From NCBI GenBank assembly GCA_041391505.1, contig JAWKNW010000004.1, positions 292,540 to 356,539 of the forward strand: a stretch of 64,000 nucleotides of DNA, written 5' to 3'. Below the pieces are notes generated by a model that worked only from the letters and a program-made list of their open reading frames with translations, was not told the origin of the DNA and ran no database searches. The DNA comes from Rhodothermales bacterium. GTDB lineage: Bacteria > Bacteroidota > Rhodothermia > Rhodothermales > JAHQVL01. Positions 1 through 10,055 of this stretch are shown piece after piece; position 1 is the stretch's first letter, and each line of letters opens with the position of its first letter. A program made the translations under genes and the position numbers.

Positions 1-271
1 CGGCAAGATGGCGCAGTTCGGGCGGGGGCTGATGGAGGATGTGTCGCGCCAGTTGTTCAAGCAGTTCGGCGCGTGCATGCAGGCGACGCTCGCGCAGGCT
101 GTCGTGGAGGATGCGGTGCCGGAGCCGACGCCGGCCGCGGCTGCTCCAACGCCTGCCGCCGCGCCCGTGACCCCCACGCCGCCGGCTCCCGCGCCCCGGC
201 CCGTCGGTGTGGTTTCGCTCGTGCTCCGGGCACTCTGGGGACGGGTAAAACGCGCCTTCGGCGGACGCTAG
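1..271 (+). CDS. CoxG-like SRPBCC-family protein, C-terminal fragment (5' end probably outside the window)
   Basis: ORF 8..271 stays open to the window edge. The FGRGLMEDVSRQLFKQFGACMQ segment followed by a Pro/Ala-rich tail and hydrophobic end resembles C-termini of carbon-monoxide-dehydrogenase subunit G family proteins. Recognition by eye only. Confidence 0.45.
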   Translation, partial: GKMAQFGRGLMEDVSRQLFKQFGACMQATLAQAVVEDAVPEPTPAAAAPTPAAAPVTPTPPAPAPRPVGVVSLVLRALWGRVKRAFGGR

Positions 272-286
272 CCGGAACCGGTCTCC

Positions 287-350
287 CGAAAAATCCACCA
301 ACGACTGCCAAAAATTACCTCTCGTAGCGGAGGGAGACGCCGGGTATACT
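287..350 (+). promoter_or_regulatory. Candidate activator-dependent promoter module (copy A)
   Basis: Block CGAAAAATCCACCAACGACTGCCAAAAATTACCTCTCGT (287-325) holds direct repeats AAAAATCCACC (289-299) and AAAAATTACC (310-319), starts 21 bp apart. After a 19-nt spacer comes the -10-like TATACT (345-350). A near-identical block with identical spacing lies at 14241-14304. Confidence 0.55.
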
Positions 351-385
351 GTGTTCCTGGTCCCGAAGCATCGCCTCTGCCGCAT

Positions 386-461
386 CGGATGCAAGATGCA
401 GGAACGCTTTGTATGAACCCGCACCCTAGGCGGATATCATGCGTCCTGCATCTTGCATCCG
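386..461 (+). promoter_or_regulatory. Leader hairpin with perfect 18-bp inverted repeat
   Basis: CGGATGCAAGATGCAGGA (386-403) is the exact reverse complement of TCCTGCATCTTGCATCCG (444-461), with a 40-nt loop. It lies between the candidate promoter and the SDR start codon at 589. Confidence 0.5.
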
Positions 462-588
462 GTTCCGCTCCACCGTTCGCGCGATGTTTTGAAGCTGCCG
501 CTGGATGCGTACTTTCCGAAAAACCACCCTGTACATGGTTCTCACGCCGGCGCAGTCCAGGCTCCGGCTTCCACTTGCTCTCTGATTC

Positions 589-1371
589 ATGACGATATTC
601 GAAAAACTCTTCCGGCTCGACGGTAAGGCCGCGCTGGTCACCGGCGGATACGGCGGCTTCGGCGCCGCGGTGTGCGAAGGCCTCGCCGAAATGGGCGCCG
701 GCATCGCCGTGGCCGGCCATAACGCCGAAAAAGCCGAACACTTTGCCGGGCAGCTGCGGGCCAAGGGCGTCAATGCAATCGCCGCCCCCTTCGACGCCTG
801 CTCGATGGAGGATACCCACCGCATGACCGACGCCGTGGCGAAGCATTTCGGCCGGCTGGACGTCCTGGTCAACACCGTCGGCGGCAACACGCACGCTGAA
901 CTGGCCGATGAGGTCACCGAGGAAGGCTTCGGCAAGGTGCTCGAGCTCAATCTCACCAGCGCCATGTACCAGGCGCAGGCCGCGGCGAAACACATGAAGG
1001 CCTCCGGGGGCGGCAAGCAGGTGCATTTCGGCTCCGTGCGCGGCCTGCTGGCGCTGCGCGGCAAGGGCTTCGCGGCGTATTGCGCGTCCAAGGCCGGCCT
1101 CACCGTGCTCTGCAAACAGCTCGCCGGCGAGTGGGCGCCGGACAAGATCAATGTCAACGTCCTTTCGCCCACGTTCATCCGCACCGAGCAGTCGGCGCGG
1201 TTCCTGGCGGACAAGGCGTTTTACGACAGCGTCGTCTCGCGCATCCCCGTCGGGCGCGTCGGCGAGACGCTGGACATCGTCGGCGCCACGCTGTTTTTTG
1301 CGTCGCCGGCGGCCGACTTCATCACGGGGCAGACGCTGTATCTCGATGGCGGCCTCACCGCCACCCAATAG
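589..1371 (+). CDS. Short-chain dehydrogenase/reductase (SDR) family oxidoreductase
   Basis: 260 aa. N-terminal TGGYGGFG (TGxxxGxG) nucleotide-binding motif, catalytic YCASK (YxxxK), typical C-terminal GQTLYLDGG. Confidence 0.9.
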   Translation: MTIFEKLFRLDGKAALVTGGYGGFGAAVCEGLAEMGAGIAVAGHNAEKAEHFAGQLRAKGVNAIAAPFDACSMEDTHRMTDAVAKHFGRLDVLVNTVGGNTHAELADEVTEEGFGKVLELNLTSAMYQAQAAAKHMKASGGGKQVHFGSVRGLLALRGKGFAAYCASKAGLTVLCKQLAGEWAPDKINVNVLSPTFIRTEQSARFLADKAFYDSVVSRIPVGRVGETLDIVGATLFFASPAADFITGQTLYLDGGLTATQ

Positions 1372-1387
1372 CGACCAACAGACCATC

Positions 1388-2848
<1,461 letters not shown>

Positions 2849-2851
2849 AGG

Positions 2852-2874
2852 CCTTCATCGTGCAACGATGAAGG
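2852..2874 (+). terminator. Stem-loop right after the mmsA stop (weak terminator candidate)
   Basis: CCTTCATCG (2852-2860), loop TGCAA, CGATGAAGG (2866-2874): perfect 9-bp stem followed by GTTTC. The T-run is short. Confidence 0.4.
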
Positions 2875-2902
2875 GTTTCAGGTTCAAGGTTTCAGGTTCA
2901 AG
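2875..2902. repeat. Tandem 14-mer GTTTCAGGTTCAAG x2 (GGTTCAAGG-type intergenic repeat family)
   Basis: Exact tandem duplication 2875-2888 / 2889-2902. Related GTTCAAGG / CCTTGAAC motifs recur at 43434-43464, 47411-47422, 47879-47910 and 59936-59982. Confidence 0.8.
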
Positions 2903-2967
2903 GTATACTGCGAAGAGGCCTTTCCGGCTCTCGGAAGTTGTTCTCATCATCAACCCGCCCAACGATT

Positions 2968-3933
2968 ATGGATCGCCGAACGTTTTTGCAACGGAGTAGT
3001 CTGGTGGCGCTGACGGCCCCCCTGTGGTCGTGCGCGCCGAAGGAATCTGGCACCGAAGCGGCCGCCACCGGCGCGTCGAATGACGCGGCGAAGCTGGCGC
3101 GTATCGGCATCACGACCGTTTGCATCCGCTCGTATTTCGAGAAGACGCGCACGATGCTGGCGGAGCCCAACTCGGCTCCCACCATCAACCTCGAAGCCGC
3201 GCCGCAGTTTATCTACGACCACTTCGGCCTCCGGAACGTGGAGGTGTGGGATTATCAGTTCGACGACCTGTCGCTCGCCTATTGCGAGCGGGTTCGTGCC
3301 GCGGCGGAGAAGATCGGTTCGCGCATCGCCAACATCCAGGTGGATGTGCTCGCGGACCTGTCGGATCCGAACCCCACCCAGCGCGCGCTGGGCGTGACCC
3401 AGGCGAAGGAGTGGGTCGACCGCGCGGTGGCGATGGGCGTGCCGAACTTCCGCGTCAACACCGGCGGCAAGGAAGGCCAGGAATTCAAGCTCGCCGAGAC
3501 GGTCGAATCGTTCCGGCAGATCGCCGACTACGCCGGCGAAAAGGGCGTGATCGTCCTCGTCGAAAACCATGTCGGGTTCAGCATGGACATCGACAAGGTG
3601 GTGGCCATCGTCTCGACGCTCAACCATCCGAACTGCAAGACGCTCGCGGACTACGGCAACACGCCGGCGGGCACGACGCAGGACCGGATCGACGGGCTCA
3701 AGAAGCTCTTCCCGTGGCTGCAGTTCGTGTCGGCCAAGGGCACGGGCTTCAACGATCAGCTGGAGCATAGCGACTACGACTTCGCCGCGCTCGTGCGCGC
3801 CACGGAGGAGTCGGGGTACCGGGGCATCTATTCGATCGAGATGTGGCCCGACGCCGACAGCCAGCCGCCGGCCGACCCGATCAAGGCCGGCAACTGGATG
3901 AAGGATCAGCTCCTTGCCAACATCAGCGCGTGA
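2968..3933 (+). CDS. TAT-exported xylose-isomerase-like TIM-barrel protein (sugar phosphate isomerase/epimerase family), paralog 1
   Basis: Start chosen at MDRRTFLQRSS (twin-arginine motif), followed by ...LWSCAP (possible lipobox Cys). Body shows family-typical VLVENH and a YRGIYSIEMW C-terminal region. Confidence 0.8.
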   Translation: MDRRTFLQRSSLVALTAPLWSCAPKESGTEAAATGASNDAAKLARIGITTVCIRSYFEKTRTMLAEPNSAPTINLEAAPQFIYDHFGLRNVEVWDYQFDDLSLAYCERVRAAAEKIGSRIANIQVDVLADLSDPNPTQRALGVTQAKEWVDRAVAMGVPNFRVNTGGKEGQEFKLAETVESFRQIADYAGEKGVIVLVENHVGFSMDIDKVVAIVSTLNHPNCKTLADYGNTPAGTTQDRIDGLKKLFPWLQFVSAKGTGFNDQLEHSDYDFAALVRATEESGYRGIYSIEMWPDADSQPPADPIKAGNWMKDQLLANISA

Positions 3934-3943
3934 GGTGCGGCGC

Positions 3944-4894
3944 ATGAACCGTCGCGTCTTTATTCAGCAGAGCGGCCTCGTCGCGGCTTCCGCCGCGTTC
4001 TGGTCGTGTTCGCCGGGCGATGCCCCCTCGGCGGCGGCCTCGGCCGATGCGAAGCTCGCCCGTATCGGGATCACCACGGTGAGCCTGCGGTCGCGCTTCG
4101 CGCAGACCCACGAGATGATGGCGGAGCCCTACGAGGGGCCGATGCTGAATCTGGAAACAGCGCCGGCGTACATCGCCGGCGAGCTGGGGCTGCACAATGT
4201 CGAGGTCTGGGAGCGCCAGTTCGACGATACCTCCATCGCCTACTGCGAGCGGGTGCGGGCCGCCGCCGAGCGGGCCGGCTCCCGGATCACGAACATCCAG
4301 GTGAGCGGGCTGGCGAATCTGTCGTCGATGGACGCCGACGAGCGGGCGCAGGGCGTTACCCAGGCCAGGGAGTGGGTCGACCGCGCCGTGGCGATTGGCG
4401 CGCCCAGCATCCGTGTCGACGCCGGCGGACGCGCGGGCGACCCGTTCGATCTTGCGGTGACGGTCGATTCGTATCGCCGGATCGTCGATTATGCGGGTAG
4501 CAAGGGCGTCGTCATCCTCGTCGAAAACCACAGCGGCTTCACGCGGGACATCGATACGGTCGTCGCCATCATCGAGGCCATCGAAAGCCCGAACTGCCGC
4601 GCCCTGGCCGACTACGGCAACACGCCGGCGGGAAGCATCGAGGACCGGATCGCCGGGTTGCAGAAGATGCTGCCGTACCTGGCCTTCGTCTCGGCGAAGG
4701 GGACGGGGTTCGACGAGCAGATGAGGCATTCCGACTACGACTTTGCCGCGCTCGTCCGCGCCACCGAGGCCTCCGGGTACCGGGGTATTTATTCGATCGA
4801 GATGTGGCCCGACGCCGATAGTCCGCCGCCGGCCGATCCGCTGCGTGCCGCGGGCTGGATGAAGGACCAGCTGATCGCCAACATCGGCGCCTGA
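3944..4894 (+). CDS. TAT-exported xylose-isomerase-like TIM-barrel protein, paralog 2
   Basis: Start at MNRRVFIQQSG (twin-arginine), then ...FWSCSP. Collinear with the upstream paralog along the full length and roughly two-thirds identical by eye. Only 10 bp separate the two genes. Confidence 0.8.
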   Translation: MNRRVFIQQSGLVAASAAFWSCSPGDAPSAAASADAKLARIGITTVSLRSRFAQTHEMMAEPYEGPMLNLETAPAYIAGELGLHNVEVWERQFDDTSIAYCERVRAAAERAGSRITNIQVSGLANLSSMDADERAQGVTQAREWVDRAVAIGAPSIRVDAGGRAGDPFDLAVTVDSYRRIVDYAGSKGVVILVENHSGFTRDIDTVVAIIEAIESPNCRALADYGNTPAGSIEDRIAGLQKMLPYLAFVSAKGTGFDEQMRHSDYDFAALVRATEASGYRGIYSIEMWPDADSPPPADPLRAAGWMKDQLIANIGA

Positions 4895-5005
4895 CGCGCG
4901 CGAAAGATTCGCCAACGACTCCCGAAGATGCGCACTCGTGGCGCCGGGCGTCGGCCAGTACTATTGCCGGGGCGCGTCTGCCGCGCCCATCATTCCGTAC
5001 ATGCC

Positions 5006-6220
5006 ATGGCTAACATTGTCATCATCGGTGCGCTCGATACGAAAGGCACCGAGGTTCTTTTCGTCAAGCAACAGATCGAGGCCCGCGGGCATCGCACCGT
5101 CGTCATCGACTCCGGCGTCCTCGGCGACCCGCTTTTCCGGGCGGACGTGACGCGGCAGGAAGTCGCCTCGGCCGGCGGCGCCGATCTCGAAAAGCTGCGC
5201 GCCGCCAACGACCGCGGCCAGGCCGTGATCGCCATGACGCAAGGCGCGGCCGCCATCGTGCAGCGGCTCCACGAACAGGGCAAGGTCGACGCCATCATCG
5301 GGATGGGCGGCGGCGCCGGCACGACGGTGGGCACCGCGGCGATGCGGGCCCTGCCGCTCGGCATCCCGAAGGTGATGGTCTCCACCCTGGCGAGCGGCGA
5401 TACGCGGCCTTTCGTGGGCGTGAAGGACATCATGATGGTGCCGTCCATCGTCGACATCAGCGGCCTGAACGGCATCGCGCGCGGCGTGTTCACGCGCGCC
5501 GCCGCCGCCGTATGCGGGATGGTCGAAGCCGATATTCCCGAGGGCGACGACAAGCCGACGATCACGGCGTCGATGTTCGGCAACACGACCAAATGCGTCG
5601 AGCGGGCGCGGACGCACTTCGAGGCGGCCGGCTACGAGCTGCTGGTCTTCCACGCCGTCGGGTCGGGGGGGATGACGATGGAGAGTCTGATCGAATCCGG
5701 CCAGATCGCCGGCGTCTTCGATGTGACGCTCACCGAATGGGCGGACGAGCTGCTCGGCGGCGTCATGTCCGCCGGCCCCACGCGGCTCGATGCCGCGGCC
5801 CGCAGCGGGACGCCGGCGGTGTACGCCCCCGGCTGCGTCGACATCGTCAATTTCTGGGAGCCCGACTCGGTGCCGGTGGCGCTCCGCGACCGCCGGATCT
5901 ACCACCATAATGCCAAACAAACGCTGGTCCGCACCGACATCGACGACAACGCGAAGCTCGGGAAGATCTTCGCCGAGAAGTTCAACGCGGCGACCGGGCC
6001 GGTGGCGGTATATCTCCCGCTCAAGGCCGTTTCCGTGATTTCGGAGCCCGGCGGCCCCTACCACTGGCCGGAGGCCGACGCGGCCCTGTTCGACGCCCTG
6101 CGCTCGAACCTCCGCAAGGACATCCCGGTCTACGAATTCGACACCATCATCAACGACCCCATCTTTGCCGACGCCATGGCCGAAGGCCTGCTGGCGATGA
6201 TCGAAGATGGAAGATCGTAA
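5006..6220 (+). CDS. UPF0261 / Tm-1-like ATP-binding domain protein
   Basis: Start at MANIVIIGALDTKGTE... is the characteristic N-terminus of the UPF0261 family. 404 aa. Confidence 0.75.
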   Translation: MANIVIIGALDTKGTEVLFVKQQIEARGHRTVVIDSGVLGDPLFRADVTRQEVASAGGADLEKLRAANDRGQAVIAMTQGAAAIVQRLHEQGKVDAIIGMGGGAGTTVGTAAMRALPLGIPKVMVSTLASGDTRPFVGVKDIMMVPSIVDISGLNGIARGVFTRAAAAVCGMVEADIPEGDDKPTITASMFGNTTKCVERARTHFEAAGYELLVFHAVGSGGMTMESLIESGQIAGVFDVTLTEWADELLGGVMSAGPTRLDAAARSGTPAVYAPGCVDIVNFWEPDSVPVALRDRRIYHHNAKQTLVRTDIDDNAKLGKIFAEKFNAATGPVAVYLPLKAVSVISEPGGPYHWPEADAALFDALRSNLRKDIPVYEFDTIINDPIFADAMAEGLLAMIEDGRS

Positions 6221-6324
6221 ATCGCAAATCGTTAATCGCAAAATGCCCTGGGCAGTATCGGGACGTATGTACCAGTCGCCAGACACTACATGATTTACGA
6301 TTTGCGATTTTACGATTTGCGATG
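6214..6324. repeat. AT-rich heptad (AATCG[CT]A) inverted repeat
   Basis: Left arm ATCGTAAATCGCAAATCGTTAATCGCAAAA (6214-6243); right arm TGATTTACGATTTGCGATTTTACGATTTGCGATG (6291-6324). AAATCGCAAATCGT (6219-6232) is perfectly complementary to 6297-6310. Confidence 0.75.
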
Positions 6325-6359
6325 CCTCAGTCCCTTTTTCCAAGCAAACGATCTGCCCT

Positions 6360-7079
6360 ATGAGCCGTCTCATCGACCTTTCCATGCCTGTCCATCCCGA
6401 CATGATCACGTTTCCGCGGGTACCGCCGCCGGTGATGGTGATCTATGAAACCTGGGAGGAGTTCGCCGAGCGGATCGGCGCCGCGAAACACGGGGCCACG
6501 TGGCTCACCGGCAGCTACTACGTGACGACGAGCGACCACGTGGGCACGCACGTCGACGCCGTCAAGCACCTCCGGGGTCCGAAGTCGCCCGGGCCGGAAG
6601 GCATCCCGCTCGAGTACTGCTACAGCGACGGGGTCGTGCTGGACTTCCGCCACAAGGAAAAAGGCTACGGCATCACGCCCGAGGACATCGACGAGGCGCT
6701 CGCGAAGATCAATTATACCTTGAAGGAGAAGGACATCGTCCTGATCCAGACCGGCGCTTCGGCCTACAACACCGAACAGCGGTACCTCACGGACCATTGC
6801 GGCATGACAGGGGAAGCGACGCGGCACCTCATCAAGCAGGGCGTACGGATGATGGGCACCGATGCGGTCACGTTCGATCCGCCCGTGTGGGCGATGTTCG
6901 AGCGGAAGAAGTTCTGGGAGGCGCACCGGGTGATGCTGGACGAGGATTACTGGCATATGGAGAACCTGATGAACCTCGACCAGCTTCCCCCGCACGGCTT
7001 CAAGCTCTCCGTCTTCCCGGTCAAGTGGGTCGGCACGACCGCCGCGCCGATCCGCGCCGTGGCCATCCTCGAAGGGTGA
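6360..7079 (+). CDS. Cyclase-family protein (kynurenine-formamidase-like metal hydrolase fold)
   Basis: 239 aa. LIDLSMPV...ITFP N-terminus and the HVGTHVDAVKH metal-binding motif typical of the putative cyclase family. Confidence 0.8.
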   Translation: MSRLIDLSMPVHPDMITFPRVPPPVMVIYETWEEFAERIGAAKHGATWLTGSYYVTTSDHVGTHVDAVKHLRGPKSPGPEGIPLEYCYSDGVVLDFRHKEKGYGITPEDIDEALAKINYTLKEKDIVLIQTGASAYNTEQRYLTDHCGMTGEATRHLIKQGVRMMGTDAVTFDPPVWAMFERKKFWEAHRVMLDEDYWHMENLMNLDQLPPHGFKLSVFPVKWVGTTAAPIRAVAILEG

Positions 7080-7100
7080 CGTTCAGCAACCGGTAACGTT

Positions 7101-7937
7101 ATGGAATTCAACGGCCCCGAGTGGCACGCGCCGACCACGCTCGACGCCGCGCTGGCGATGCGCGCCGAGTTGCAGGATGAAGCTACCGTCGTCGCCGGCG
7201 GGACCTTCGTCGGCACGCTGATGAACATCGGGTTCATGGCGCCGGCGGCGCTGCTGAGCCTGCGCGGCGTGCCGGGGCTCGCGTACATCCGCGCGGACGG
7301 CGAGCTGCGCATCGGTCCGATGACCACGCACCGCGCCATCGAGCTGTCGCCCGAGATCCGCCGGCACTGGCCGGCCCTCGCGCAGGCGTTTTCGGTGGTG
7401 GCCAGCCCGCGCGTCCGCAACATGGCGACCGTCGGCGGCGTCCTCGCCGACGCCGACTATGCTTCCGATCCGCCGGCGATGTTTCTCGCGCTCGGCGCCC
7501 GCGCCGTGCTGCGGGGGCCCCGGGGCGAGCGGGAGGTGCCGGTGGAGGACTTCATCCTCGGCTACTACGAAACCGCCCTCGCGCCGGACGAGCTGTTGAC
7601 CGAGGTGCGTGTGCCCGCCGGCGGCGAGGCCGGCGTGTACCGCAAGTTCCGCACGCGTTCGAGCGAAGACCGCCCCTGCGTCTCCGTCGCCGCCGTCAAC
7701 CGGGGCGGCGAGCTTCGGGTGGCCGTCGGCGCCGTGGCGAGCCGTCCCCAGTATTTCCCCGAGGTCTGCGCGCTCGCCCGGGGCCGGCGTGTCGACGCCG
7801 ATCTGGCCCGCGAGATTGGCGAGGCCTACGCGCAGCGCATCGACCCCATTTCCGATTCCAGAGGCTCGTCGGAGTACCGACGCCGCGTCATCGCCGTCGA
7901 GGTGCGCCGCGCCCTGGAGGAGCTGTACCATGGCTGA
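7101..7937 (+). CDS. Molybdenum hydroxylase FAD-binding (medium, CoxM-like) subunit
   Basis: 278 aa. Pattern ...VVAGGTFVGTLMN...RNMATVGG...SEYRRRV is typical of xanthine dehydrogenase family FAD-binding subunits. Confidence 0.85.
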   Translation: MEFNGPEWHAPTTLDAALAMRAELQDEATVVAGGTFVGTLMNIGFMAPAALLSLRGVPGLAYIRADGELRIGPMTTHRAIELSPEIRRHWPALAQAFSVVASPRVRNMATVGGVLADADYASDPPAMFLALGARAVLRGPRGEREVPVEDFILGYYETALAPDELLTEVRVPAGGEAGVYRKFRTRSSEDRPCVSVAAVNRGGELRVAVGAVASRPQYFPEVCALARGRRVDADLAREIGEAYAQRIDPISDSRGSSEYRRRVIAVEVRRALEELYHG

Positions 7938-10050
7938 TCCCCGTTCCGCCGGCGCGCTCCGGTATGCGCAGGACCTCGAGATGGAGGGCATGCTTCACGC
8001 ACGCGTGCTCCGCTCGCCCTACGCGCACGCCCGGATCGTGCGCATCGATACCTCGTCCGTGCCCGACTCGGTCGTGGTGCTCACGCGCGACGACATCCGC
8101 GATCTGAACCGCTACGGGTGCCAGATCCAGGACGAAACCGTCGTGGCCGTCGACGAGGCGCTGTTCGCCGGCGCCCCGGTGGTGGCCGTCGCCGCCGCCA
8201 CGCGGCGCGAGGCCGACGAGGCGCTGCAGTACATCGACGTCGACTACGACGAGCTGCCGGCGGTGTTCAACGAGATGGACGCCATCGCGCCCGGCGCGCC
8301 GCTCGTCCATCCCCGCCATTACATCTCCGAGAACGACGCCGCCTACTTCGGGATGCGGCCGATCGACGGCACCAACATCTGCCACCGGTTCCGCATCCGG
8401 CACGGCGACATCGACGCCGGCTTCGCCGGCAGCGACGTCATCGTCGAAGAAGTGTTCACGACCGACAGCGCGGCGCACGTGCCCATGGAGCCGCACGCCT
8501 CGCTGGCCCGCTGGCACGACGGCCGGCTCGAGGTCTGGACCGGCAACCAGACGCCGTTCAACCTGCGGATGGACCTGGCCGGCATCTTCGGCCTCAAGCC
8601 CGAGCAGGTCCGCATCGTCGTCCCGCCCCTCGGCGGGTCTTTCGGCGCGAAGACGTTCGTGCGGACGGAGGCCATCGCGGCGGCGCTGGCGCGCAAGGCC
8701 GGCCGGCCGGTCAAGATCGTCCTGGAGCGCGCCGAAGAGTGGCAGACCATGAACCGCCACCCCGCCACGCTCTGGATGAAGATCGGCGCGAAGCGCGACG
8801 GCACGCTCGTGGCGAAACACGTCATGTGCTGGGCGAACACCGGCGCGCACGCGGATAGCGGCCCGGGCGTCGCCCAGAAGATGGGCTATGCCTCGCCGGG
8901 GCCGTACCGCATCCCGAACGTGTGGGTCGATTCCCACTGCGTGTACACCAACACCCCTCCCAACGGCGCCTACCGTGGCTACGGGCAGATGCAGTGCATC
9001 TGGGCGTCGGAGCGGCTGATGGACATGCTGGCGCACAAGCTCGGGATGGACCCCCTCGAGCTGCGCCTCAAGAACATCCTCCGCGAGGGCGACACGTATT
9101 GCACCGGCGAGACGATGCACGATGTCGCCTTCGAGGAGTGCCTGCGCCGGAGCGCGGAGGCGATAGGCTGGGATTCTTCCGATGATCACCGCGGCAAGGG
9201 GCTCTGCGTCCTGATGAAAGGGATGCAGACCCCCAGCCGCGCGTCGATTGGCATCGAAAAAGAGGACGACGGGACGTACACCATCCGCTGCGCCACCATC
9301 GAGATGGGCCAGGGCGCCCGGCCGGCGATCCGGCAGATGGCGGCGGAGCTCCTCGGCGTGCCCATGGACCGGGTGACGTTTCCGGACCCCGACACCGACA
9401 TCGTGCCGTACGATACACGCACCACGTCGAGCCGCTCGACCCACGTGATGAGCCGCGCGCTGGTCGAGGCCGTGCGGGCGCTGGAGCTGGACGGCCGAAA
9501 GGGCGTCGGCGAGGTGACGGACAAGGGGGGGCTGAACGTGGATACCGGGCAGGGGATCGCCTCGTCGCACTGGCACCAGGGCGCCGCCGGCGCCGTCGTC
9601 GACGTGGATCGCGAGACGGGCAAGCTGCACGTGCGCCACATTCACGCCTCCATCTATGCCGGCAAGGTGGTGAGTCGGCCGGCGGCCGAACTGCAGAACG
9701 AAGGCTCCATGATCATGGGGCTGGGCACGGCGCTGTTCGAGGCCATCCAGTTCGACGGCGGGCAGGTGACCAACGCCAACCTGTCGGATTACAATGTTCC
9801 GAGTTTCCACGACCTGCCGCGGATCACGCACGACCTCGTCGAGCGCGAGGGCGCGCAGGTGTACGGCCTCGGCGAGACGGCGCTGCCGCCCGTGCCGGCG
9901 GCCATCGGCAACGCGCTGGCGTCGCAGGGCATCCACCAGACGGCGCTGCCCATGACGGCAGAGCGCGTCATCCACGCCCTCGACGGCGGGGACGGCCCCG
10001 CGCGGCTGGCGGCCGTCCGGAAACTCATCGAGACGCACCCGCGATCGTAA
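7930..10050 (+). CDS. Molybdopterin-binding large subunit of a xanthine dehydrogenase/aldehyde oxidase-family hydroxylase
   Basis: In-frame ATG at 7930 overlaps the upstream stop (ATGGCTGA, 7930-7937). 706 aa. RVLRSPYAHARI, GGSFG, GAYRGYG and GLGETALPPV motifs. Confidence 0.9.
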   Translation: MADPRSAGALRYAQDLEMEGMLHARVLRSPYAHARIVRIDTSSVPDSVVVLTRDDIRDLNRYGCQIQDETVVAVDEALFAGAPVVAVAAATRREADEALQYIDVDYDELPAVFNEMDAIAPGAPLVHPRHYISENDAAYFGMRPIDGTNICHRFRIRHGDIDAGFAGSDVIVEEVFTTDSAAHVPMEPHASLARWHDGRLEVWTGNQTPFNLRMDLAGIFGLKPEQVRIVVPPLGGSFGAKTFVRTEAIAAALARKAGRPVKIVLERAEEWQTMNRHPATLWMKIGAKRDGTLVAKHVMCWANTGAHADSGPGVAQKMGYASPGPYRIPNVWVDSHCVYTNTPPNGAYRGYGQMQCIWASERLMDMLAHKLGMDPLELRLKNILREGDTYCTGETMHDVAFEECLRRSAEAIGWDSSDDHRGKGLCVLMKGMQTPSRASIGIEKEDDGTYTIRCATIEMGQGARPAIRQMAAELLGVPMDRVTFPDPDTDIVPYDTRTTSSRSTHVMSRALVEAVRALELDGRKGVGEVTDKGGLNVDTGQGIASSHWHQGAAGAVVDVDRETGKLHVRHIHASIYAGKVVSRPAAELQNEGSMIMGLGTALFEAIQFDGGQVTNANLSDYNVPSFHDLPRITHDLVEREGAQVYGLGETALPPVPAAIGNALASQGIHQTALPMTAERVIHALDGGDGPARLAAVRKLIETHPRS

Positions 10051-10055
10051 CCATC

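Noticed and set aside
7888-10038. 716-aa minus-strand ORF antisense to the molybdopterin subunit
   Set aside because: The sense frame carries xanthine-dehydrogenase-family motifs and is translationally coupled to the flanking subunits. The antisense ORF is a GC artefact.
7930-10050. Calling the Mo-hydroxylase a carbon monoxide dehydrogenase (CoxL)
   Set aside because: The active-site loop reads GAYRGYG. It is neither the AYxCSFR signature of form I CODH nor clearly the AYRGAGR form II variant. Only a generic xanthine dehydrogenase-family assignment is justified.
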